A stretch of DNA of 55,787 bases. Source: Pseudomonadota bacterium. GTDB lineage: Bacteria; Desulfobacterota; Anaeroferrophillalia; Anaeroferrophillales; Tharpellaceae. The DNA is taken from positions 1 to 55,787 of the forward strand of contig JAYEGS010000057.1 in NCBI GenBank assembly GCA_034659215.1, written 5' to 3'. Positions 1-7,563 of the stretch are shown piece after piece. The notes under the pieces are model-generated. The model saw only the letters and a list, made by a program, of their open reading frames with translations. It was not told the origin of the DNA and did not search any database. The number at the start of each line of letters is the position of its first letter. Within the stretch, counting starts at the first letter, position 1. The position numbers were made by a program, and so were the translations under genes.

Positions 1-2
1 CC

Positions 3-530
3 AAGGTCGGTTGTGAGCGGATGCAGGAGATCGAAAACCCGGAACTGGCAACTAAACGTAGCCGAGCTCTTTATCGGGCTAAAGGTTATTCCGATGGTTG
101 GATCGAAAAGCGGATGCGTGGGATTGTCATTAGTGCAGAACTGGTGGATGAATGGAAAAAACGTGATGTTGGCGGTAGCCGGGAATATGATCTTTTGACC
201 GCTGAAATATCCAAAGCGTCTTTCGGTCTGACACCATCCGAATACAAAAACCTTAAACAGCTTGAGCGCGAAAATCTGCGTGACCATATGGGTGATCTGG
301 AATTGATCTTTTCTATGCTCGGTGAAGCGGCAACCACGGAAATCACGCGCATTCAAGATGCTCAAGGTTTTAGTGAAAACCGCCGTGCCGCTAACAAGGG
401 CGGTCGGATCGCCGGGGATGCGCGGGAGAAACTGGAAAAAGAGTCGGGGCGTAAGGTTGTATCGAACGATAATTATTTGGGTGCACCGGAAAAGCAGATA
501 CGGTTGGCAAGTAAGAAAATAAAAAAGTGA
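3..530 (+). CDS. DinD-like (DNA-damage-inducible protein D family) protein, 5' end cut by the window edge
   Basis: The frame is open from base 3 (KVGCER precedes the listed Met at 21). KGYSDGWIEKRMRG...LTAEISKASFGLTPSEYKNLK...ENLRDHM resembles the conserved C-terminal half of DinD / antirepressor-associated proteins as I remember them. Stop at 528-530. Confidence 0.55.
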   Translation, partial: KVGCERMQEIENPELATKRSRALYRAKGYSDGWIEKRMRGIVISAELVDEWKKRDVGGSREYDLLTAEISKASFGLTPSEYKNLKQLERENLRDHMGDLELIFSMLGEAATTEITRIQDAQGFSENRRAANKGGRIAGDAREKLEKESGRKVVSNDNYLGAPEKQIRLASKKIKK

Positions 531-541
531 AAAATAGAGAT

Positions 542-854
542 TGTGGAGAAAACTTGTACCTCGAATCCGATTTCATCATGCTTTTCGCCCTACAGCACTA
601 CATGTATTGTCCACGCCAGTGCGCCCTGATTCATCTGGAGAAGGCCTGTAAGCTGTTTTCTCATTATGCCAAGCGGCTTGTTGAGGGAAGATGAGCTGGA
701 CAGTATTCGTGGGATTGAGGGGCGGACGGCGAGGGATTATTTCGATTAGTTTGACCATATGATTGTTGCTCAGAAAGAGGATTTTATCTTTGCCGGGCGT
801 AATCGGCGTCCACCTCTTGATCAGGTCAACTGTCTGTTGTCATTCGGATTTTAT
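542..854 (+). pseudogene. Remnant of a cas4-cas1 type CRISPR adaptation gene (internal deletion, frame change, in-frame stop)
   Basis: The frame from 542 reads ENLYLESDFIMLFALQHYMYCPRQCALIHLEKA, the Cas4 N-terminal YCPRQ-ALIH-E motif. The frame from 681 reads LREDELDSIRGIEGRTARDYFD*FDHMIVAQKEDFIFAGRNRRPPLDQVNCLLSFG, the Cas1 core GIEG-A-YF...GR-RRPP-D-VN-LLSFG motif, with a TAG at 747-749. The two pieces are in different frames and only about 300 bp of an expected 1.5 kb or more remains. Confidence 0.6.
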
Positions 855-1158
855 AGCCGATCCCTTTGCTGGCTATGATTTGAGACAGCCCATTGTTAGT
901 CATCGACGACCGTCACGACAAAAGCCCTTATCTCTGTTGGCTGCTGTCAAACAGTCATTTCTGTTGCAGTTGCTGATGTTGGTTCCTCGTGGTGTTTGCT
1001 TTGTTCTCTTGCCTCTTTTCGGACAATTGCCGAGATGAATTTTGCGAGAGTTTTAAAATGTGTAATTAATGTGTAATAATGGGGACGCTCTTGATTTAGT
1101 GACTGAGCACAGCATCAGGGATAGACTCGATTGAAATAGGTAGGTAGAGGAAATATCA

Positions 1159-1443
1159 GTGAAGTTAATTTTTGGTCAACAAATTCCTGACGATATCAAG
1201 ATAGACTTGGAAAATGCGTCTGCTTTGCATCAACGCGCCGTTTCTGATTACGCAAAATGTGTGGAATTCAGCAAAATAATGTCTGATGTTTTAGTGAGAT
1301 TAGAAGATGCTGAATGTGATCATATTGCCGGTAAAGTGATGAGCATTCTTATCGAATGTAATCCGAAAGAAGGGGCCCATTGCGATAAAGCCACTGTTGT
1401 TGGGGAAAAAATGAAAAAGTTCAATTCAAGGACAACCTCCTAG
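1159..1443 (+). CDS. Hypothetical small protein (94 aa, GTG start)
   Basis: ORF with GAGGA 8 nt upstream of the GTG. It lies in an AT-rich patch and I recognise no family. Its stop overlaps the convergent crotonase stop (CTAG). Confidence 0.3.
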   Translation: MKLIFGQQIPDDIKIDLENASALHQRAVSDYAKCVEFSKIMSDVLVRLEDAECDHIAGKVMSILIECNPKEGAHCDKATVVGEKMKKFNSRTTS

Positions 1444-2042
1444 TTGCCCTTGAAATTTGGTTGCCTTTTTTCCTTGAGGGCGCGGACTCCTTCGGCGTGG
1501 TCGTCAGTGCGTTGGGTGATTCCCTGGAAGGCGGCCACCAGATCAAGATGTCCGGTGATTTCGGCTGTCCGGGCATTGCGGATCGCTTTTTTTATCATGG
1601 CTACGGCCACGGGGCTGTTTGAGGTGATGGCGTTAACCATTTTTTCGGTTTCAGAGCTCAATTGATCCTGATCTACCAATTGGTTTAAAAGGCCAAGTTT
1701 TAGAGCTTCTTCCGGTTCAACTATCCTGCCGGTGAGGGAGAGCTCCATCGCTTTGGCGTAGCCTACAACCCTTTGGAGAAAAAAGGCACCGCCGTCGCCG
1801 GGTACCAGGGCGAGTTTGGCAAAAGTTTCACCGAAACGAGAGTGTTGACAACCGATGCGAATGTCACACATGCAGGCCAGATCACAGCCTGCTCCGATAG
1901 CGGCTCCGTTGACCATGGCCACGATCGGGGTTTGGAGACTTTCTATGGTCAGGGGGATCTGCTGAATACCTTTGCTGTAGCGTCGGCGAAGCTCTTCAGG
2001 GTATATCGGGGGGGTATGCTCTTCTTTGTCTGACTCAAGCAT
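1440..2042 (-). CDS. Enoyl-CoA hydratase/isomerase (crotonase) family protein lacking about 60 N-terminal residues; possible pseudogene
   Basis: PIVAMVNGAAIGAGCDLACMCDIR and the C-terminal helical part are typical crotonase fold. The ORF is only 200 aa, against about 260 usually. The N-terminal strand and the first oxyanion-hole segment are missing. Only about 130 bp of non-coding DNA lies upstream. Confidence 0.7.
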   Translation of the reverse strand: MLESDKEEHTPPIYPEELRRRYSKGIQQIPLTIESLQTPIVAMVNGAAIGAGCDLACMCDIRIGCQHSRFGETFAKLALVPGDGGAFFLQRVVGYAKAMELSLTGRIVEPEEALKLGLLNQLVDQDQLSSETEKMVNAITSNSPVAVAMIKKAIRNARTAEITGHLDLVAAFQGITQRTDDHAEGVRALKEKRQPNFKGN

Positions 2043-2105
2043 CTTTAGTGCCAGATTGCGGACAACTGATTTGAGTGGATTTGTTTGGGTTAAAGTGTTA
2101 GCGAA

Positions 2106-2134
2106 TTGCCATATCGGATAGTTTGGGTTATAAT
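2106..2134 (+). promoter_or_regulatory. Candidate sigma-70 promoter for the CBS gene
   Basis: TTGCCA (2106-2111), 17-nt spacer, TATAAT (2129-2134), about 105 nt upstream of the ATG at 2241. Confidence 0.4.
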
Positions 2135-2240
2135 GTAAACATAATGCAGAAAATGGGGGGGCTTTGCGTGGGTGACGTACATGGAGAGGCTAGTCACAAC
2201 CTCCGAAGAGATGAATGTAGTAAATCTAAGGAGTAAGCTT

Positions 2241-2690
2241 ATGAAGAAAGCTCAGGACATTATGACGACGCCGGTGATTACGGTAACGCCGAATACCGGC
2301 ATCAAGGAGTTGGCCCGGCTGTTGACCAGTAAACATATCAGCGGCGTTCCGGTGGTGGATGACAATGGTCTATTGTTGGGGATTGTGACTGAGACCGATC
2401 TTCTGTTTACGGAGAAACCCCTTCATATTCCGACGTTTGTGACGTTGCTTGATGCAGTGGTTTTTTTCGAAAATCCTTTTAAGATGGATAAGGATTTGAA
2501 AAAGTTGACCGCCAGTACCGTTGCTGATCTCTATAGTCAGGATTGTTTGGCCGTTGCGGGCACGACTCCGACCGAAGAGATCGCCGAATTGATGATTACC
2601 CAAAAAGTTAATATCCTGCCGGTAATCAATGAAGAACGTAAGGTTGTTGGTATCGTTAGCCGTACTAATATGCTCTCTTTGATTACTTGA
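2241..2690 (+). CDS. CBS-domain pair protein
   Basis: Two CBS repeats (IMTTPVITV...ISGVPVVDDNGLLLGIVTETDL and LAVAGTTP...NILPVINEERKVVGIVSRTNM). I chose the ATG at 2241 because AAGGAG sits 8 nt upstream; the listed ORF start at 2172 has no such site. Confidence 0.8.
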   Translation: MKKAQDIMTTPVITVTPNTGIKELARLLTSKHISGVPVVDDNGLLLGIVTETDLLFTEKPLHIPTFVTLLDAVVFFENPFKMDKDLKKLTASTVADLYSQDCLAVAGTTPTEEIAELMITQKVNILPVINEERKVVGIVSRTNMLSLIT

Positions 2691-4002
2691 GGGTAACCTT
2701 CTCAGGTGGGCGGTGGCAGGTCTCCTTCATTAAAAAGGAGCAGAGCAGGGCGAGCCCGGCCGCTCCGCAGAGTAGATACAAAAGCTGCGAATAGGCTTGA
2801 GGGGCATAGTGTCCGGCTGCAGTTTTGGGGTAGGCATCAAGTATTTTGCCGAGTAAAGGCATGAAGGCCGCACCGCCGAGGAACGGAAAGAGGTTGACGG
2901 TACCCACCGAGGTTCCGGCGATAGCTACCGGAAAAAGCTCTTTGGTGGTGGTGAAACCGATTGCGACGATTGCTGAAGCGGAAAACGAAAAGATAAAGAA
3001 GACCAAGTAGAGGGCCGGCGTCGGCAGGCTGGCGGGAAAAAGCGCCAGCACTACCATTTCTGCCGTAAGGATGGCCGTACAAAAGATTATTACCTTTTTG
3101 CGACTGTGCAGGACTTTTTCGGAGAGATAGCCCAGCAGAGGGCTGCCGACAATCATTCCCCAGGCGATCATGCTTAAGATCGAACCGGCTTCAGCCCGGC
3201 TCATACCATAGACATCCATCAGGTAGGGGCCGCCCCAGAGGGCACCGAAGCCGAAGAATATACCGCAATCCAAGAAAAACCAGATTGCTACCGGCCAGAA
3301 ATATTTTTCAGTAGCAACTCGACGCGCTCCTTCCCAGAGGCCGATCATTTTTGGGGTTGCGACTGTTTCCCGGCTGCCGTAATCGATTTCAATTAATGAG
3401 GGCCAACCTTTGTCGGCGGGCCGATCTCGTACCAATAGCCAGACTAAAGCGACCAGGATGAAGGTTAAGCAACCAATTATCTCAAAAGCTATCCGCCAGT
3501 CGAAACGGGCGGTTATCAGGGCTAGAATCCATGTCGCAGCCATGGCCCCGATGCCGCCGACGGCATTGAGAATACCCGCCATGATTGCGAACTCACGCGC
3601 CCGAAACCACTGCGAAAGGATCTTCATCGTCGGGATAAAGACCATTGAGACCCCGAAACCGACCAGTACTCGGCCGACAAAAGCCATCGTGATACTCTGC
3701 GCCAGGCCGAAGATCAGGCTGCCGGCGGCCGCAATCAGCAAGAAAAAGGTTACGGTCTTGCGCGGCCCCAGAGAGTCGGCCATCAGCCCGGCCGGCAGTT
3801 GCATGCAGGCGTAACAATAGAAGTAGACCGAACCCAAAAGCCCCATAACACTGGCTGAGGTATCGAACTCCCGAACCAGGGCATCAGCCACCACCGAAAG
3901 GGAGAGGCGGTGAAAGTAGACGAAGAAATAGGCCAGGGCCAGGATTGCAAAGATCAGCCACCGGTAACGTAAAACCTTGGTCTTCGCCTGGGTGTCATGC
4001 AT
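2683..4002 (-). CDS. MFS transporter (12-TM, oxalate/formate or sugar-phosphate antiporter-like)
   Basis: 439 aa, highly hydrophobic, with two six-helix halves. It has MFS-style loops (GLMADSLGPRKT after TM2). The substrate cannot be assigned. Confidence 0.85.
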   Translation of the reverse strand: MHDTQAKTKVLRYRWLIFAILALAYFFVYFHRLSLSVVADALVREFDTSASVMGLLGSVYFYCYACMQLPAGLMADSLGPRKTVTFFLLIAAAGSLIFGLAQSITMAFVGRVLVGFGVSMVFIPTMKILSQWFRAREFAIMAGILNAVGGIGAMAATWILALITARFDWRIAFEIIGCLTFILVALVWLLVRDRPADKGWPSLIEIDYGSRETVATPKMIGLWEGARRVATEKYFWPVAIWFFLDCGIFFGFGALWGGPYLMDVYGMSRAEAGSILSMIAWGMIVGSPLLGYLSEKVLHSRKKVIIFCTAILTAEMVVLALFPASLPTPALYLVFFIFSFSASAIVAIGFTTTKELFPVAIAGTSVGTVNLFPFLGGAAFMPLLGKILDAYPKTAAGHYAPQAYSQLLYLLCGAAGLALLCSFLMKETCHRPPEKVTLK

Positions 4003-4020
4003 AATATCACTCTCTTGCCA

Positions 4021-4161
4021 GGAGGCTGTCCGAGAATGTTCTTTTTCCCCAGCTCAGCGTTATGCGAAAAAAATTATCCTCGGAACATTAATCATATGCC
4101 TGCGGTAATTTTTTTCGCATGCCTCGATCTGAGAAAAAATTTCTATTCTCGGACAGCCTCC
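4021..4161 (+). mobile_element. MITE-like element, family A, copy 1 (141 bp)
   Basis: Terminal inverted repeats GGAGGCTGTCCGAGAAT ... ATTCTCGGACAGCCTCC. Near-identical 141-bp copies lie at 7423-7563 (inverted) and 48462-48602. Flanked by CA/CA. Confidence 0.75.
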
Positions 4162-4308
4162 CAGGTAGTCGCTTATGAGAAATTGCACTCGTCAAGATAG
4201 AGTATTACTTTATAGGCTGCCGGACAAAAAAGCAAGTGCATAAATCTTGCTTATTTTGGGCTGTAGCTTGACCGGTGATAGATGGTTGAGAATTTATATT
4301 TTATATAG

Positions 4309-4336
4309 TTGACAAAATTAACTTATCAGTTATACT
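4309..4336 (+). promoter_or_regulatory. Candidate sigma-70 promoter for the response regulator / kinase operon
   Basis: TTGACA (4309-4314), 16-nt spacer, TATACT (4331-4336), about 55 nt upstream of the ATG at 4391. Confidence 0.45.
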
Positions 4337-4390
4337 GCGAGTGTGAAAAAAATAACGTGCGTGATGTGATGCCATTCCAGGAGTAGAGAG

Positions 4391-5800
4391 ATGACAGGAG
4401 TAAAGGTTCTTGTAGTTGACGATGAAGCGGTAATCAGGAAAGGGCTCTGCCGGGTCATGGAGGGTCGGGGCTACCAGGCGGAGTCAGCTGAAAGTGGTTT
4501 TGCGGCCATCGAGAAGCTTCAGAAAGCGCCCTTTAACATCGTCATCACGGATCTTAAAATGCCGGGAATGGATGGTATTGAGGTTCTGAAAGCCATCAAA
4601 ATCCTGCAACCTGATGTGCCGGTCATCATGATTACCGGGTATTCTACTGTGGATACTGCCGTAGAGGCCATGAAAAATGGGGCATTTGACTATATTTCCA
4701 AGCCTTTTACCCCGGAGCAGGTGATAGCGATGGTCGAAAAGGCGTTGGAACAGCGAACCGTTCAGCTTCAGCGAACCCATCCGGTGGTTGGACCCAGTTT
4801 GAACGGTTTCGAGATCTTTGTCGGCGAGAGCGAAGCGATGCAGAAGGTCTATGACCGAATCAGGCAGGTTGCTCCTACCGACAGTACGGTTCTTATCACC
4901 GGTCAGAGCGGGACCGGGAAAGAACTGGTGGCCAAGGCCATTCATAAAAACAGCGTGCGCTGCAACAAGCCCTTTGTCGCAGTCGATTGCACCTCTCTGG
5001 TTGAAAACCTTCTGGAAAGTGAGCTCTTCGGGCATGTCAAGGGTTCTTTCACCGGGGCCGTACAGACCAAGACGGGCCTGTTCAAGGTCGCTGACGGAGG
5101 CACTCTTTTTCTGGATGAGATTTCCAACCTCAGTCTGGCCACTCAAGGCAAACTATTACGGGTTCTCCAGGAGTTTAAAATAACTCCTATCGGGGGAACC
5201 AAACCCATTCCCGTTGATATTCGACTCATAACCGCCACCAACAGAGATCTGAATGAGATGGTCAAGGAAGGGCTTTTTCGTCAGGATCTCTTCTTTCGGC
5301 TGAATATCATCCCGGTTAACCTGCCTCCCCTGATTGATCGAGAAGGGGATCTTCCTCTTTTTATTGAGCATTTCCTGAAAAAATTCTCCGAGGAGATCGG
5401 CAAAGAGATTCATGGCGTCTCCCCGGCCGCTATGTCCATTCTGGAACGGCATCCATTTGTCGGAAACGTCAGAGAACTGGAAAATATTATTGAAAGGGCG
5501 GTTGTACTTACCCACAATAAACTTATCCAACCCGAGGATCTTGAGATTCAGCTCATCTCCGATGCTCCTTCTGAAATTATAACGGAGTCCGTTCCCCTGA
5601 GTGCGGAAGGCCTGAAGGAGGTCAAGCGACAGGTTCGGGAAAAAGCGGTCGGGCCGGTTGAACGCGCCTTCCTTATTCAAGCCCTTGAGCGCAACCACTG
5701 GGTTGTCACCCGGGCGGCCCGGGATGTCGGGATGTTGAGGCCCAATTTTCAGGCGATGTTGAAAAAACACAGTATTTCCGTAAGAGATCATTTTGAGTAG
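4391..5800 (+). CDS. Sigma-54-dependent Fis-family response regulator (NtrC class)
   Basis: Receiver domain (VLVVDDE...ITDLKMPGMDG...SKPF). AAA+ sigma-54 interaction domain (GQSGTGKE, GSFTGA loop, GGTLFLDEI). C-terminal Fis-type HTH. Confidence 0.92.
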   Translation: MTGVKVLVVDDEAVIRKGLCRVMEGRGYQAESAESGFAAIEKLQKAPFNIVITDLKMPGMDGIEVLKAIKILQPDVPVIMITGYSTVDTAVEAMKNGAFDYISKPFTPEQVIAMVEKALEQRTVQLQRTHPVVGPSLNGFEIFVGESEAMQKVYDRIRQVAPTDSTVLITGQSGTGKELVAKAIHKNSVRCNKPFVAVDCTSLVENLLESELFGHVKGSFTGAVQTKTGLFKVADGGTLFLDEISNLSLATQGKLLRVLQEFKITPIGGTKPIPVDIRLITATNRDLNEMVKEGLFRQDLFFRLNIIPVNLPPLIDREGDLPLFIEHFLKKFSEEIGKEIHGVSPAAMSILERHPFVGNVRELENIIERAVVLTHNKLIQPEDLEIQLISDAPSEIITESVPLSAEGLKEVKRQVREKAVGPVERAFLIQALERNHWVVTRAARDVGMLRPNFQAMLKKHSISVRDHFE

Positions 5801-5821
5801 CGGTAGAGGAGGAAAGCGGAC

Positions 5822-7411
5822 ATGCGTCTGAAATTGATCGTTCAGATCTCTTTGATTACGGGAATTATTCTCCTGTTCACCTCGGCCCTCTTTGGTTACT
5901 TTAATATCTCAATTCTCAGGCACGCCTTCTTCAAGAGCGCTGTATCAGACCTCGACCATCTGAGTGAAACTATTTTCAGAGCTGTATTTCATCAGATGTT
6001 GAAAAATGACCGGGATGCGATTCAGGTTACAATCGGGGAGGTGGGCGCAGGGAAGGGGATAGAGAGTGTCAGGATCCTCAACCGGGAGGGGGTGATGGCC
6101 TTCTCCACCCAAACAAGCGAAATCGGCTCCATCTTTGACAAAGAGCAGGCTCCGGCCTGTATGGTTTGTCATAATCATGGAATGACCCTGGATGATCCCT
6201 TTCCCATGGGCAAAAGCCGAGTCTGTATGGAGGACCCCTCCACCCTGGCTCGAAGTGGAATGTTTATTGATAGTAACGGAAAAAAGGTTCTCGGCCTGAC
6301 CAGGCCCATATATAACGAGGAGACATGCTGGACGGGTGCATGCCATGCCCACTCCAAGGATACGCATTTTCTGGGTCTTCTGGAGATTACCATTTCCGCC
6401 GATCCCATGCTCTCGATGATCAGCAATTATCGCAATAATACCATTATTCAGATTCTTTTTCTGATTCTCTCCATCTCACTCTGTTTGACCCTGCTCACCA
6501 AAAAGTTGATCATCCAACCGGTTCATACGCTGTTGGAACACACCCGGGCAGTCGGAAAGGGCGATTGGAGCCCTGTCGACTCAGTGCCGGGAGACGAATT
6601 GGGGGAACTTGCTGAGGCGTTCAACGATATGACCGGCAAGTTAAAGAAAAACCGGGAAGAGCAGGAGAGGTGGGCGGCGACGCTGGAGAGCCGGGTGGAG
6701 GAGCGCACGCGCGAGATAAAGGAGATGCAGTCGGTTCTGGTACGCTCGGAAAAACTCGCATCCTTAGGAGAACTCGTTGCGGGGATCGCCCACGAGCTCA
6801 ATAACCCGCTTACCGGGATTATGATTCACACCTCTCTTATTTCCGGGGATCCACGTTTGGACAAGACTCTGGTGGAGGATTGCGAAACAGTTCTTCACGA
6901 GGCCCAGCGCTGTTCCAAGATCGTTAAGGAATTGCTGGACTTTGCCAGAGCCTCGGAACCGCAAAAGGCGATGTATCAGGTTAGCAAAGCCATTGACCGA
7001 ACTATAGCCCTGATTGAATACAATACTGATTTTAAAGAGACTGAGATAGTCAAAGAGTATGATCCTGACCTCCCGGCAGCATTGATGGACGCATCCCAGA
7101 TTGGGCAGGTTTTTATTAATATGATAGTCAACGCCAATCAAGCTATGCCGCAAGGCGGGAAACTGATCATAAAGACAGGTGTGAATGAAGCAAAAGATTA
7201 CATCTATGTTCGGATTGAGGATACCGGATGCGGTATTCCGGAAGAAAATATAGAGAAACTTTTCGACCCTTTTTTTAGTACCAAGGGGCACCATGGTACG
7301 GGCCTGGGGCTTTCGGTCTCTTACGGAATTATCCAGTCCCACGGTGGCAATATTGAGGTTGAGAGCACGCCGGGAAGAGGAACGGCTTTTACTATTTATC
7401 TACCCCTCTGA
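5822..7411 (+). CDS. Sensor histidine kinase with periplasmic c-heme-motif domain, HAMP, HisKA and HATPase_c
   Basis: TM1, a periplasmic domain of about 190 aa containing CMVCH (CXXCH) and CWTGACH (CX4CH), TM2, HAMP, H-box GIAHELNNPL, and N/G boxes (NANQAM, DTGCGI, GTGLGLS). Sits 21 nt after the regulator gene. Confidence 0.9.
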   Translation: MRLKLIVQISLITGIILLFTSALFGYFNISILRHAFFKSAVSDLDHLSETIFRAVFHQMLKNDRDAIQVTIGEVGAGKGIESVRILNREGVMAFSTQTSEIGSIFDKEQAPACMVCHNHGMTLDDPFPMGKSRVCMEDPSTLARSGMFIDSNGKKVLGLTRPIYNEETCWTGACHAHSKDTHFLGLLEITISADPMLSMISNYRNNTIIQILFLILSISLCLTLLTKKLIIQPVHTLLEHTRAVGKGDWSPVDSVPGDELGELAEAFNDMTGKLKKNREEQERWAATLESRVEERTREIKEMQSVLVRSEKLASLGELVAGIAHELNNPLTGIMIHTSLISGDPRLDKTLVEDCETVLHEAQRCSKIVKELLDFARASEPQKAMYQVSKAIDRTIALIEYNTDFKETEIVKEYDPDLPAALMDASQIGQVFINMIVNANQAMPQGGKLIIKTGVNEAKDYIYVRIEDTGCGIPEENIEKLFDPFFSTKGHHGTGLGLSVSYGIIQSHGGNIEVESTPGRGTAFTIYLPL

Positions 7412-7422
7412 AGATCCTCCTA

Positions 7423-7563
7423 GGAAGCTGTCCGAGAATAGAAATTTTTTCTCAGATCGAGGCATTTTTTTCAAATAAGCGCAGGCATATACTTAATATT
7501 CCGAGCATTATTTAAAAAAAATAACGAAGAGCTGGGGGGAAATGGCATTCTCGGACAGTCTCC
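7423..7563 (-). mobile_element. MITE-like element, family A, copy 2 (141 bp, inverted orientation)
   Basis: Reverse complement aligns along its full length with copies 1 and 3. Flanked by TA/TA. Fills the gap between the convergent stops at 7411 and 7563-7565. Confidence 0.75.

Noticed and set aside
870-1158. Looked for a CRISPR array or cas2 next to the cas4/cas1 remnant
   Set aside because: I found no regularly spaced direct repeats of 25-40 bp. The only repeat is a short AATGTGTAAT duplication near 1057-1080. ORFs 576-758 (minus) and 763-1038 (plus) have no Cas-like motifs and look like random frames over decayed DNA.
3997-4200. ORFs spanning MITE copies (3997-4200, 7293-7478, 7542-7724)
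   Set aside because: Their reading frames are created by the repeat element and its flanks. There is no RBS, and the translations are not conserved between element copies.
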